A stretch of DNA of 64,000 nucleotides from Octopus sinensis (GCF_006345805.1 NC_043021.1:13578001-13642000), one strand, 5' to 3'. Shown: positions 1 to 13,489, counted from the first letter of the stretch. Made by a program: numbers and translations. The notes: generated by a model not told the origin, from the sequence alone.

Positions 1-549
1 GTGTGTGTGTGATTGTGTGTCTGTGTTTGTCCTCCCAACATCGCTTGACAACCGATGCTGGTGTGTTTGTGTCCCCGTAACTTAGCGGTTCGGCAAAAGG
101 GACTTATTCTTTGTAAGCATCGGTTGTCAAGCGATGGTGGTGGGGGACAAACACAGACACAAACATATACACACACACACACACATACATACATACATAT
201 ATATATATACGACAGGCTTCTTTCAGTTTCCGTCTACCAAATCCACTCACAAGGCTTTGGTCAGCCCGAGGCTATAGTAGAAGACACTTACCTAAGGTGC
301 CATGCTGTGGGACTGAACCCTGAACCATGTGGTTCGTAAGCAAGCTACTTGCTACATGGCCACTCCTATGTAATTATTAAAATATTTTGTATACTGTAGG
401 AGTATGACCAAGTTATTGCAGATGAATCTTAACAACAAAATCTTATGTGAACCCCTAAGGGCCAAATGAGCCCAGTTGAGTTCCACTAATATAGAGTTAC
501 CTATCTTTTCTATTTGAATTCAAATCCCATTAGCATAGTTACCATCATA

Positions 550-1470
550 TGTACTTACTTTCTTGTCTCATGCTTGTGTGTGTGTGTTGTTTTATTGTGC
601 ATGTGTGTGTGTGTTTCTTGCCTTATTGTGCATGTGTGTATGTGTCTTGCTTAGTGTGTGTTTGTGCGTATGTGTTGTCTTATTGTGTGTGTGTGTGTTT
701 CTTCCTTACTGTGCATGCGTGTGTGTGCCTTTCTTGCTTAGTGTGTGTATGTGTTTCTCATTTACTGTGCATGTGTGTGTGTGTCTTTCTTGCTTAGTGT
801 GTGTATGTGTGTTTCTCATTTACTGTGCATGCGTGTGTGTGTGTCTTTCTTGCTCAGTGTGTGTATGTGTGTTTCTCATTTACTGTGCATGTGTGTGTGT
901 GTCTTTCTTGCTCAGTGTGAGTATGTGTGTTTCTCATTTACTGTGCATGCATGTGTGTCTTTCTTGCTCAGTGTGTGTATGTGTGTTTCTCATTTACTGT
1001 GCATGCGTGTGTGTCTTTCTTGCTCAGTGTGAGTATGTGTGTTTCTCATTTACTGTGCATGCGTGTGTGTGTGTCTTTCTTGCTTAGTGTGTGTATCTCA
1101 TTTACTGTGCATGCGTGTGTGTGCCTTTCTTGCTTAGTGTGTGTATGTGTGTTTTTCATTTACAGTGCATGCGTGTGTGTGCCTTTCTTGCTTAGTGTGT
1201 GTATCTCATTTACTGTGCATGCGTGTGTGTGCCTTTCTTGCTTAGTGTGTGTATGTGTGTTTTTCATTTACAGTGCATGCGTGTGTGTGCCTTTCTTGCT
1301 TAGTGTGTGTATGTGTGTTTCTCACTTACTGTGCATGCGTGTGTGTGTCTTTCTTGCTTAGTGTGTGTATGTGTGTTTCTCATTTACTGTGCATGTGTGT
1401 GTGTGTCTTTCTTGCTTAGTGTGTGTATGTGTGTTTCTCATTTACTGTGCATGTGTGTTTGTGTCTTGCA
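550..1470 (+). repeat. Intronic ~60-bp minisatellite, about 15 units
   Basis: Unit ctttcttgcttagtgtgtgtatgtgtgtttctcatttactgtgcatgcgtgtgtgtg with variable (TG)n. Confidence 0.9.
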
Positions 1471-1737
1471 GTGAATTCAAGAACATATTAATCTCCAATC
1501 AGTTTGCATGCAAATATGTGCACTCACTTGCAGACAACAGCATCTGAGAGAACCATCAACATCAACACTACCACCACCAACAACAACCAGCTAAAATGCT
1601 TGTTCCTTTGTGTGTGATAGCGTTTGTCTCTTCTGTGTGCTTCTGGTACTTGTTCTGTGTGTTTTTGTGTGTGCTGTGTTGTGTACATCCACCATGCACC
1701 CTCTCTCTCTCTCACAATCCATTTGTCTACTCACCAG

Positions 1738-2133
1738 AGGTCACAAATACCCCGGTACCGCAACCCGCTACTGCATTCACGTCGTCACCGATGGTAAACA
1801 AGATCAAGCCACTGTCCTTCGAGGGGGACAGTGAGAGGGAGGAGGAAGAGGTGCACGAGAATGAGTCATCGTATTTGTCCATCATGTCCGAGCAGAATAT
1901 CAGCACCCACCACAACATCACCCTGGCTCAGCCGGACTACCTAAGTGACCAGATGACCCATCTGGTTGCAGAGTGTTCCATCACAGAGAAACCGGACATC
2001 TGCTGTGACAGTGACTCCAAACTGGACGACCAAGGTGTCAGTGTGGCCAAGCTGTCTGAGCCAGACCACTTTAGCAACAGTGTGTCTGAGTCAGGCGTTT
2101 GCAGTGACTCTGTTCATCTTCCCTTGGACGAAC
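1738..2133 (+). CDS. Penultimate coding exon of an unidentified gene whose upstream exons lie outside the window; acidic Ser-rich disordered segment
   Basis: Acceptor tcaccAG|, donor GAAC|GTAAGA. 396 nt open, phase 1 to phase 1, joins in frame to the 4015 exon. Encodes EVTNTPVPQPATAFTSSPMVNKIKPLSFEGDSE...SESGVCSDSVHLPLDE. Confidence 0.75.
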
Positions 2134-2570
2134 GTAAGAACCTTTTTTTTTTCTTTCTTTTCTGTTATATTGAATCTACAGATCATATAAGAAAAATGTC
2201 GGGAGCCCTTCCCAAGTCTTGGGCTCATAAGGCTGGTTTCCCCAGATTCCGTGGTGTATATATTCCCCCACTGGATGGGACGCTAGTCTCCATCATAGGA
2301 TTACTCACTTTTGCCAGTTGAGTGGACTGGATCAATGTGAACAGAAGTGTTTTGCTCAAGAACACAACACATCACCCAGTCCAGGAATTGAAACCACAAT
2401 CTTACAACCACGAGTGTAACACCGTGACCACTGAGCCACATGCCTCCACCCACACAGCATTTTAGAGACTGTGTATACACGTAGGTTGTGATGGGATGTG
2501 TGTATGCATATCATCCTCATTTACTGACCACTGGTGCTGGTGCATGTATGGGTCAGACAGAATTTGTTGA

Positions 2571-2800
2571 GGCAGCGAACTGGTAGAAACAGCACACCGG
2601 GCAAAATGCTTAGCGGTATTTCATCTGTCTTTACGTTCTGAGTTCAAATTCCACCGAGGTTGACTTTGCCTTTCTTCCTTTCGGGCTCGATAAATTAAGT
2701 ACCAGTTACGCACTGGGGTCGATGTAATCGAATTAATCCGTCTGTCTGTCCTTGTTTGTCCCCTCTGTGTGTAGCCTCTTATGGGCAGTAAAGAAATAAG
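2571..2800 (+). mobile_element. tRNA-derived SINE family B
   Basis: ggcagcgaactggtag..gagttcaaattcc..gaggttgactttgcctttc..tcgataaattaagtaccag. Other copies: ~13140-13355(-), 14040-14340(-), 17575-17775(-), 35405-35615(-), 48020-48215(+), 53870-54190. Confidence 0.8.
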
Positions 2801-3146
2801 AGTTTGTTGAGGCAATTTTTCTATCACCTGATGCAAGATGGTTGGTGTGAGGACCAGCTGTAAAAGCCTTGCCAAAACAGACACAGTAGGCTGGGGTAGT
2901 CTTCTACTTGGTCAGCTCCTGTCAACCATCCTACTCATGCCAGCATAGCAGGCAGACGTTAATGGTGATGGAGGGCTTATTTCAATTTCAATCTACCAAA
3001 GCCACTCACAAGGCTTTGATCCGACTGGTGCTAAAGTAGAAAGAAGACTCTTACCAAGATGCCTTGTGCTTGGGGAATGAATGTATATGTATGTGTGTGT
3101 GTATCTATGTATATATGTGTGTAAATATGCTCTTTTACTTGTTTAA

Positions 3147-3365
3147 CCCTTTAGTATTTAAACCGGCTATATCCGGCCAAAATAGTTAATCTGTTTTATG
3201 TTTAAACTGACCAGATCCAGGCTCTCACACCTACGCTACAATGTTATTCTACATTAAGTAATTACACCATCAAGATCTTTAAGATATGAGATAATGCATG
3301 ATTAATTCAAATCAATGGGAATCAATAGGCATTATGTTTGATAGAATAATCAGAACACTAAAGGG
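3147..3365. mobile_element. piggyBac-like MITE inserted in a SINE tail
   Basis: TTAA-CCCTTTAGT...ACTAAAGGG-TTAA; removing it restores the SINE sequence cttttacttgtt|aagtcatttgactgcgg. Confidence 0.8.
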
Positions 3366-4014
3366 TTAAGTCATTTTGACTGCGGTCATGCTAGATCACC
3401 ACCTTTAGTTGAGCAAATCGACCCCAGGACTTATTCTTTATAAGCCTAGTACTTATTCTACCAGTCTCTTTTGCAGAACCGCTAAGTTACAGAGACGTAA
3501 ACACACCAGCATCAGTTGTCAAGCAATGTTGGGAGGACAAACATAGACACACAAATATATATATACATATAGATATATATGACAGGCTTCTTTCAGTTTC
3601 CATCTACCAAATCCACTTACAAGGCTTTGGTCTGTCTGAGGCTATAGTAGAAAACACTTGCCCAAGGGACCATGTGGTTGGTAAGCAAGCTACTTAGCAC
3701 ACAGCCACTCCTGCACCTAGCTACTTACCACATAGCCACTCATGTGTTTATTTCTAATCACTGCTTGTTGGTTTGTTTACATTCCCATTCATTAGCAGTT
3801 TGACCAAAGAGGCCTACATAATTAGTACCAGGCTTTAAACAGAAAGAGGTACTAAAACCCTTCGAGATGGTGCTCCAGCATGACCATTGTCCGACGACCG
3901 AAACAAATAGAAAATTAAGACTTGTTGTTGGCAGGGTAGAGGTGTTCGTTTTATTGCTTGTTTTTTATATTCTTGCAGTCTTTTTATTTATTTATTTATT
4001 TATTTATTTTCCAG

Positions 4015-4715
4015 AAGTTTCCACAGAAATTGCAGAGAACAAACAAAAGGAAACTGAAGATGGAAATCTGGAGAAGAACCATTGCAGTGATGGGGATGAG
4101 GCTATAGATGTGACTGGTGATGTGATGAATATGGATGTAGGCACTGATGGTAGTTACATAAGCAGTGACGCTACTCCTACTGCAACTAATGATGCTACTA
4201 TTACTACTACTACTGCTGCTGCTGCCGTAACTTGTACCGATGCTGGTCATAAGCAGCAGTTGTTTTCGGTTGGTGCCCCTGACCGGAAGGAGAGAAGCAA
4301 GGTTAGCAGCATCCCACTCGCAGTGAAAAAAAAGACAAGGACAGAGACGGAGGTTGGTCTGTCGGCATTTGACAACTGCGACGAGAAGAAGACATCAATG
4401 TCCCTGCAACAACATAACAACAACATCTACAAAAATAAGAAGACAATGAAAGCAGTGGTTACTGCTGGTGGTCAAGGTGGTGTTGTCTCTGGTGTTCGGT
4501 CACCACTGCAAAGTCGAAATTGTGGAAGCGTCATCACTGGCAACAATAGGTATCGGTCATCTCTGGCTAAGATGCCGACTCGAGCCAACACCAATTCTAC
4601 TGGCGGAGCAGGTGTTAAAACGGTTTCTAAGCCTGTTTTCAATTGGGGTCTTGAATCTAGTGAAGTCAAGTTTGTTCATGATAAAGAAAACATGTCCATT
4701 CAGTGGCCAAAGTGA
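4015..4715 (+). CDS. Last coding exon of the same unidentified gene
   Basis: T-rich acceptor ttttccAG|, phase 1, 701 nt open to TGA. Ends ...KPVFNWGLESSEVKFVHDKENMSIQWPK*; contains RSKVSSIPLAVKKK. Confidence 0.75.
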
Positions 4716-4779
4716 TTGCACCACCCCTAAACTCAGTCATGACTTTTCTCTCTCACACCCTCTCTTTCCTTTTCTTTTG

Positions 4780-4815
<36 letters not shown>

Positions 4816-5630
4816 TTTTTCTTTTCTTTTACATGAAGACTGTCTGTGACAACTCGAATTTTTAGCCTATCGACTTCATCCTATACTGCCTTTAGAATGG
4901 TACATTCTTCAACAATCTTCTGTTGGAATACTCGCATACAGAGACACCTACATGGGTACATATGTACATACATACATATATGTATGCACGTATATATGTA
5001 CATAAAGCCTTGTCTTCAGTTGGTGCTCTTGATTGGAAGGAGAACAGCAAGGTCAGCAGTACACCAGTGAACTTGCCGCGAGGGGTGGACAAATCCAACG
5101 TTTTGGACACATTCAGTCATCAGAGGAAAAGTTAAAAGGAAAGAAATTCATGAGAAACAGCTGAGTTTAACATCCTTTAAGTTAAGAAAAGAGATTTTCG
5201 GTTTAGAGGATGGAAAATTCTGCTGTTTATCATTAATGTCTCTCCTTTTAACTTTTTTCCCTGAAAAAGAACCGTGTTGAAAACATTGGATTTTCCACCC
5301 CTCATAGCAAGACCCCTGTACTCTTTAACAATTTCACTAAGTCTTGCTGATACAGAACACAACCAACTTCATTGGAGTCTGATTGATCATATGTTATACA
5401 CACACAGAGTAGAGATTAATATATTTTATTTTAGTCGAGTTATTCTCTTGCTACTCTAGCAAGAGACTGTGTTGACCGACCACAATTATATATATATATA
5501 TATATTACATATATATATATATACATATATATATACATACATAAGTATATATACACACACATAGTAGAGACTGTTTTATTTTAATCAAATCAGTAGCTTG
5601 ATTGACAGTTTCATTGACTGTCTTGACCCA

Positions 5631-5683
<53 letters not shown>

Positions 5684-7544
5684 TGCACATAGTCATTTGA
5701 CTGGGTTTGAATTCATTATCTGTTTGTTCCTAAATGCACTGTTTCGTCCTTGAGCCACCATTTCAGTTCAGCGTTTGCAATAGTTGGATTTTCAAGTCCA
5801 GTAAAAAATCGTGTGTTTGTGCGCAAGTATATATTTGTGTGTGTGTGTGTGTCTCTAATAATTAACAAACCTCATGGAGAATGGGAAGTTGCTTACAATT
5901 TTCAATATTTGTTTTTTATCTTCTACTGAGACTTTAATGAATTATTTTTATGTATTATTCGGTCAGTATATACACATATTCAATCAACTTCCTTGTCTGA
6001 AGTGGTCCCTTTGAGCTCTTTTCTTTCTATATGTTGAGTATATATGTAAGTGAATACATTACCAACTGGACGCATGTCAAAGTGGAGAAGGAAAGTATTC
6101 ACTTCAAGCTGATGTTGCGAAAGTCTGAAGAATTTTAGTTGTCAAAAATCCAGACATTTTTACACTGTGTATGCAATGCATGAACTTTTAGCTATGTTTT
6201 ATGTATGTATCTGTGTGTATGTATATTCTTTTACATGTTTCAGCCCAGATGCTGTGGTCATGCTACAGCCCACCATATGTGTGTATGTATATATGTGTTT
6301 ATATACATACACACACACACACACAAATAAGTGGACAAATGAAAGAAACACATTGTATACGTACACCACACACATTATATACATATACACATACATCCCA
6401 CTGCGCAGATGTATGTTTATGTATATGCTTTGCAGTATTTGATGTACTGAGTTCAAATCGTGCTGACATCCACTTTGCTTTTCACCCTTTCGAGCTGATA
6501 GATCATAGTACTAGTCATGTACTGGGGTTGATAGTATTAACTAACCCCTTGAAAATTGCTGGACTTCACCTAAATTGACAGTAGATTAGCGGAATCGGTA
6601 GAGTGTCAGACAAAATACTTTGCAGTATTTCTTCTGGAAGTTCATGTTCTGAGTTCAAATCCTGCAGCTGTAAATTTTGATTTTCCCTTTTTTGGGGAGA
6701 TCTTCCAAATATGAAGAATTCTTCTTTTCACTTATAGTCAGATACTGGGTGTTGATGGAATTGACTAACCTCGTCCCACGCCTCAAAATTGATGCCTTTT
6801 TGCCTAAATTAGAAACAATTACTACACACACATAGTCATATTATGCTCTCTTAATCTCAGACATACAGGTTATCTCCTGAGTTTCATAAACGTTGCATTC
6901 CTGAAAATGTCTGCTGTCTCTCCCTAAACTCCATATAACATGGAGGCCAGTGAGGAACATATTTTGCGTTGCAGAATTCCACATTTTGGCAACATTTTTC
7001 AGGAATATAATGCAGTGGAGATGCTTGTATATGTATATGAATATGAATATAAATTCAATAATGGTGAGTCAAATTTCTTCCAACTACTGGAACCAATCTT
7101 TAGAAATATGTATTTATGTATGTAGTTTTTTTTCTTCTTTATATTTTATATGTATATATAAATTATTTTTTATCAATTTATTTTTCTCTTTCCTTATGTT
7201 TCTTTATTCATTCTCTCTTGTGAATGGTTCTTGTATATAGAATATTGGTAAATCGTCTCTTTAACTTTTTAGCTTTCAAATCAGTCATATTCAGCCCAAA
7301 TACTCTACCTGTTTTATGTGCAAACCAGCAAGATCCAACCTCTCACACGTACCCCATCACATCATTGAAATCTCAAATCTAAATAATACATAATTAATTC
7401 AAACGCAATATGAATAAATAAGCATTACTCTTGACAAGGGAACTCTGAATGTTAAAAGGTTAAGTATCTCTGAACCTGTGACACTTCCTGAGGGTTCACA
7501 GAGGAAAGGATTGGCAGAGCTGCCAATGCTGGACAAAATACCTT

Positions 7545-8555
7545 CATCAACATCTGTTGTCCATGCTGGCATAGGTTGGATGGTTTGACGAGAGCTGGTA
7601 AGCTGAGGGGCTGCACCAGACTCCAGTCTAATTTGGCATGGTTTTTTACGGCTGGATGCCCTTCCTAATGCCAACCACTCCAAGAATGCAAAGGGTACTT
7701 TGTATGTGCCAGTTATGTGACCCCAGCATCAGCCACGTTGCCTCTGCAAGGCCCAACGCTCAAATGATACTTTTTACATGCCATCAGCATGGCTGCCAGT
7801 TACAGGACACCAGCATTGGCCACAACTACGGTTTTTTTACTTGGCTTGATGGGTCTTCTCAAGCACAGCATATCGCCAAAGGTCTCAGTCACTAGCCATT
7901 GTCTCTGTGAGATCCAAGGCTTGACGATCATGCTTCACTACCTTGTCCCATGTCTTCCTGAGTCTACCTCTACCATAGGTTCCCTCCACAGAGTTCAGCA
8001 CTTCTTTTCACAGCTGTCCTCGTCCATATGCATCACATGACCATACCAGTGCAGTCGTCTCTCTTGCACACCACACCTGATGCCCCTTATGCTCAACTTT
8101 TCTCTCAAGATGCTTACACTTTGTCATACATGCACACTGGCATTGCACATCCAGCAAAGCATTCTAGCATCAATTCCCATGTTTCACTGCCCTGTGGCAT
8201 AGCTGTTCACAGCCTATTCTTATTCTCACAGCTACACTCTTGGGGCATCCACCTCCATTGATGACTTGGTCACCTAAATAACGGAAGCTATCGACTACCT
8301 CTAGCTTACCCCACTGGCAGTTGATAGAGTCTATCTTCTGTACATTTTCGATGTTTATTGTACCTTTGCACCTTCCACACACACAAACTATTTTCCCAAT
8401 TAATCTTCCTCTGATATTGCTGCACCTCTTATGTGTCCATAGCTTGCACTGAGTACATCTTGTGGAGTTTCTACCTACACTTTTCCTACAGATCAACCAG
8501 GGCCATCTACCTGAAGGGATTTGTGATTTGACTGCTTTCTTGCTTGCTCTTTACA
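7545..8555 (-). mobile_element. 5'-truncated decayed RTE-clade LINE (RT C-terminus with PHD-like insert, plus 3'UTR)
   Basis: ICRKSVGRNSTRCTQCKLWTHKRCSNIRGRL...VCGRC...LEVVDSFRYLGDQV...SVAVRIRIG; continues into the GGAAGGGCATCCAGC...GATG 3'UTR. Confidence 0.85.
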
Positions 8556-9468
8556 TTGTTTTCAGATCCCACTGTGATCATCCTTGCCTTTCATCCATCT
8601 CAAGTAGATAAGATAGCGTACCAGTCTGGGGGTGATCTCATTAACTAACCTTATCCCTCAGAAAACACCTGAGATCAAACCCCTTCAGACAACATCTCTT
8701 TCCGTTATTCTGGTGAGGCTATTGAAATAAGTACCTTCTTAGTATTGGCATTAATTAAAACAACTAACTACCCATTCCTACGGCAATTGTGGATTTCTAC
8801 CTAGTGTATTGTGGTATTAGTTCCAGCTCTTTACATACTGTGTTCACATTGCACCAGAGTCAACTTTGCCTTTTGGCAGACAACCAGATCAAGTGATTTT
8901 GGCCTGATTTGGTCTTTTCAATAACAGACACCAAGTGGCTGCAAATAGCAATAAACTGCCACGCTAGCAATCTACATAGAAATACAGAGCCAAAACAAGC
9001 ACTAATGTCACTAAAGACCAGTCCTACAAGCGGAAGGGGTTGTACGACTTGCCTTGCTAAGTATTTGCTCCAGAATCAGCATAACTGACAATTTTTTATA
9101 CTTTTTATTTGTGTGCGTATTTTACCTTCGACTGAATTATAAAAGAAAACAAAAAGTAAAGAAACAGCCTAAGCTTTATATACATCTGAATGTCAGTATA
9201 TTTCAATATGTATAAAAAACAAAAACCCTATAAAGGGAGATTATGTTGCAAAAATGTGCAACCAGAGTAGTCTTCTCTTGTTTTATTAATTATTATATAT
9301 ATATATATACCCCAATTTTTTTGTCAAAAACCCTGAAACCCTTTCATACATTAAATATTGTTTTGATTTCTTAAAAACCCATTCTCAAAATAGTTTATTT
9401 AAAAGTTTGTTAGGTGTTAGTATGGAGGTGAGGAAAAAAAAAAGAAAGAGAAATCAGTCCCACAGAAC

Positions 9469-9699
9469 CTAGCTTTGGGAGAGTGCTAGCTTCTCATCAG
9501 GTTTCCCTTCACTGGTACCAGTCAACGTACTGAAAGTGATGCCAGCTTGTTTCGATAAGTCCCTGTGAGTGCCAATAATTTTCTCCATCAACTGTATTTC
9601 CATGTCTCGTTTCTCAACATTCTCAATAGGAGTCCAAGATTGGTCGTGCTCCAGGCGGAAAGCACCAATGAAATCATTTGAACACGTTGGTCCCCATTC
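9469..9699 (-). CDS. C1orf50: C1orf50 homolog, last coding exon 5
   Basis: ttacAG| EWGPTCSNDFIGAFRLEHDQSWTPIENVEKRDMEIQLMEKII...LSQS* (TAG). Total CDS 606 nt; AATAAA on - strand at 9394-9399 and 9282-9287. Confidence 0.92.
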   Translation of the reverse strand, partial: EWGPTCSNDFIGAFRLEHDQSWTPIENVEKRDMEIQLMEKIIGTHRDLSKQAGITFSTLTGTSEGKPDEKLALSQS

Positions 9700-10272
9700 C
9701 TGTAATGAATAAACAATTGAATCATCTCTCTGTAAAAATCAGTGACCATCATCATTATTATTTAATGCCTGTTTTTTGTTTTTTTTATGCTGACCTTGGC
9801 TGGGTGGTTTAACAGGAGCTGGCAAACCAGAGGACTGTGTCAGAGCTAGACTGTCTGCTTTGGCATGGTTACTATGGCTAGATGTCCTTCTTAATGTCAT
9901 ACACTTTACAAAGTATACTGGTTGCTTTTTATGTGGCATCAACACCAATGAAATCTTCAAGTAATGTGCAAGATAAGACCCCTCAACTGAGGGAAGGACA
10001 TCAAAATAAAAATCAAATGGAAACTGTAGTTAAGATACCCGTGCTGGTGACACGTAAAAAGCACCGTCTGAACGTGGCTGATGTCAGCGCCACCTGACTT
10101 GCGTCTGTGTCAGTGACACATAAAAAGCACCAATCAATCGTGGCCGTTTACCAGCCCCCTCTGGCACTTGTGCTGGTAACACATAAAACACCCACTGCAC
10201 TCACGGAGTGGTTGGCATTAGGAAGGGCATCCAGCTGTAGAAACACTGCCAGATCAGACTGAAATGGTTTTA

Positions 10273-10539
<267 letters not shown>

Positions 10540-11366
10540 TTAAGAACATTCTACATTCAGACACACACATATATATATGAAGGGTGTATGAAAAGTCTTG
10601 AGCCTCAAAAAACCAAAACATGGTACAAGGCTGAAGTCTCAAAACTTTTCATACACACCTCGTGTGTATGTATATATATATATATATATATACTTTATTT
10701 TAAGCAGCAGATTTCTGCTGCTTAAAATAAAGCATATTACTCTACCACTGGTATTTGAGTACTCTTTTTTCCACCTTGTTTCACATTTATGTGTTTACTC
10801 CGGTATATATATATATATATATATCTGTAAATGTAATATGTGACAATTATTCAATAGCCTTAATTGTCACATATTACATTTACAGATAAATTCCTCTATT
10901 TACATAATATCAAGGTCTCTTTCATTTTTCTGAAGCCACATTGCACAAATACACAAGTCACCACAAATTTCACATCTACATACACACATTTTCACACAAA
11001 CCCACCATGAACAAAACATACTGCATCTGATAAACTGATTTAACATCTTATAAGATTTCTTTGAATTTTTTTTTTTTTATATAGAAACTGAGGGTTGATC
11101 ATAGAGATTATTTGACAAAATAGCAAAATATGATCCCTTTTCCATTTTCTATCCTTTCTTGATGATTGATTGATTGATTGATTCTAGTTTCAGCTCATGA
11201 GCTGTGGTCATGTTGGGGCACCGCCATTGTTTTACAACATATTTTTCAAGTGGCTGTATTTGTTGTGCCAAATCAAACAGTGCAAGTAACCTTGTATTCT
11301 ATTTGCAGGGCAAAAACTAACCAATCCATGAAACTTGAGTAACAAGTCAGAATATCTTAAGTATTA

Positions 11367-11729
<363 letters not shown>

Positions 11730-12729
11730 TCAAGAAGTTGGTCAAATGATTAAAGAGCCTCCTTTGCAGTCATGAGGTCTTGGGTTAATCTTTAAACCAT
11801 ATGAAGCCATAACCATGCATGTATGTATATGGGCTTGTGTATATCAAAGTTTGGTGTGAGGTTAAAACATATGAATTCTTCACATTCCAGTGAGGAGTAA
11901 CACCAATGGGGGAGAGCCAACATATAAATTTATGATGCAGCCAACAATTTTGCTATAGTATACCTGTGCTCATAAGGGTAGGAACAAAAAAAACCTCACT
12001 TTTAAGACAAGGCTCTTGGGTGAAGGGAGTCCTTCAATACGAATCTTTTCTCAGCCAAACAGAGCCATGCTCGGATGGTGCTTTTTACGTGCCACCGGCA
12101 CAGAGGCCAGGTGAGGCTGGCAACGGCCACGATCGGATGGTGTTTGTTACGTGCCACTGGCACGGAGGCCAGTCAATGCGGCACTGGCTACGGCCACATT
12201 CGGATGGTTCTCTTACGTGCCACCGGCACTGGTATCACAACTACAGATTCCATTGATGTTGATCGATTTCGATTTTGATTTGATTTGTGGTCTTTAATTG
12301 CTAGAGAAATATCTTTCTTTGTTTGAACACCTGCCCTATCCTCAATGCCTAATCTAAAAGCTACCTATTTTAGAACTAGATATAGCAATCTCAGGTGATG
12401 GTGAACTCTCTCATCACTTTGGTAAATGAGGGTTTAACAAGACACAGCTACACAATGTTCTTCCAGGTCTGGGGAAAATAACCATCACCCTGAGGCCACA
12501 CATATGCAGGGTCAAAGCGGAAGACTCCCAGAAGCGTCCTCTACCTATCCCTCACCCCTTTCTCTATCGCAACTGGATTTACAAAGAAAGCGTGATGGTG
12601 TGGCATTGATGCTGGTGTTTTGGTTGGCTGAACAACCAGCACGATGAACATACAATATATTACAGTGGACATAGTTTCTACAAGTAGGGTGTGATCAAGC
12701 GGGTTAAAAATGGTTTGATGGTCACATAC

Positions 12730-12842
12730 CTTCTGTATTTGTTGAGCTAGGTTGACCAAGTCGACAGGAGATGACTTATGTGCATTGTGAGGATTGACCA
12801 ACTGGACACCACCAGGGGCACCGCTTCGCTCAACAAGCTGCA
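12730..12842 (-). CDS. C1orf50: C1orf50 homolog, coding exon 2
   Basis: ctcttccAG| VQLVERSGAPGGVQLVNPHNAHKSSPVDLVNLAQQIQK |GTATGT; resembles human C1orf50 ..PGGLALVSP...DLVALAEQVQK. Confidence 0.88.
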
Positions 12843-13489
12843 CTGGAAGAGAAACGATATTGTGTAATGGGAGTAACCACCATGAGCTATGAATTAAATA
12901 TGTACAAGAAATCATAGCTGCATGTCTAACAAACATTTAATCTCACTGGATACAGGGAAACCACCCCCCGCCATAGTTACTCCCTCCACAAGGCTTCCAG
13001 CAGCTTAGCATGAAGAACAAACAAAAGAGGTAAACTGCTGAAAGAAAATAGCATAAAGATACTAAGATAAACAACAACAATGGTTTCAAATTTTGGCACA
13101 AGGCTGATAATTTTAGAGGGAGGGGGTTAGTCGATACCTATTTCTTTATTGCCCACAAGGGGTTAAACATAGAGGGGACAAACACGGACAGACAAAGGGA
13201 TTAAGTCGATTACATCAACCCCAGTGCGCAACTGGTGCTTTATTTATCGACCCTGAAAGGATGAAAGGCAAAGTCAACCTCGGCGGAATTTGAACTCAGA
13301 ACGTAATGACAGACCAAATACTGCTAAGCATGCTAGCGTGTCTGCCAGCTCGCCGATACTACCAAACCCCCAGTATTTGACTGGTACTTCTTTTACTGAC
13401 CCCAAAAAGAATGCAAACTGAAATTGACACTGGCAGTATTTGAGTTCAGAATATAAAGAGCTGGAAGAAATGTCCAATTTTCTTATTCA

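Noticed and set aside
549-1547. Long Cys/Val-rich ORFs in all three + frames
   Set aside because: Translation artefacts of a (TG)-rich 60-bp minisatellite that lacks stop codons.
1530-1600. Extra coding exon before 1738
   Set aside because: An AG is present, but there is no convincing donor in an open frame.
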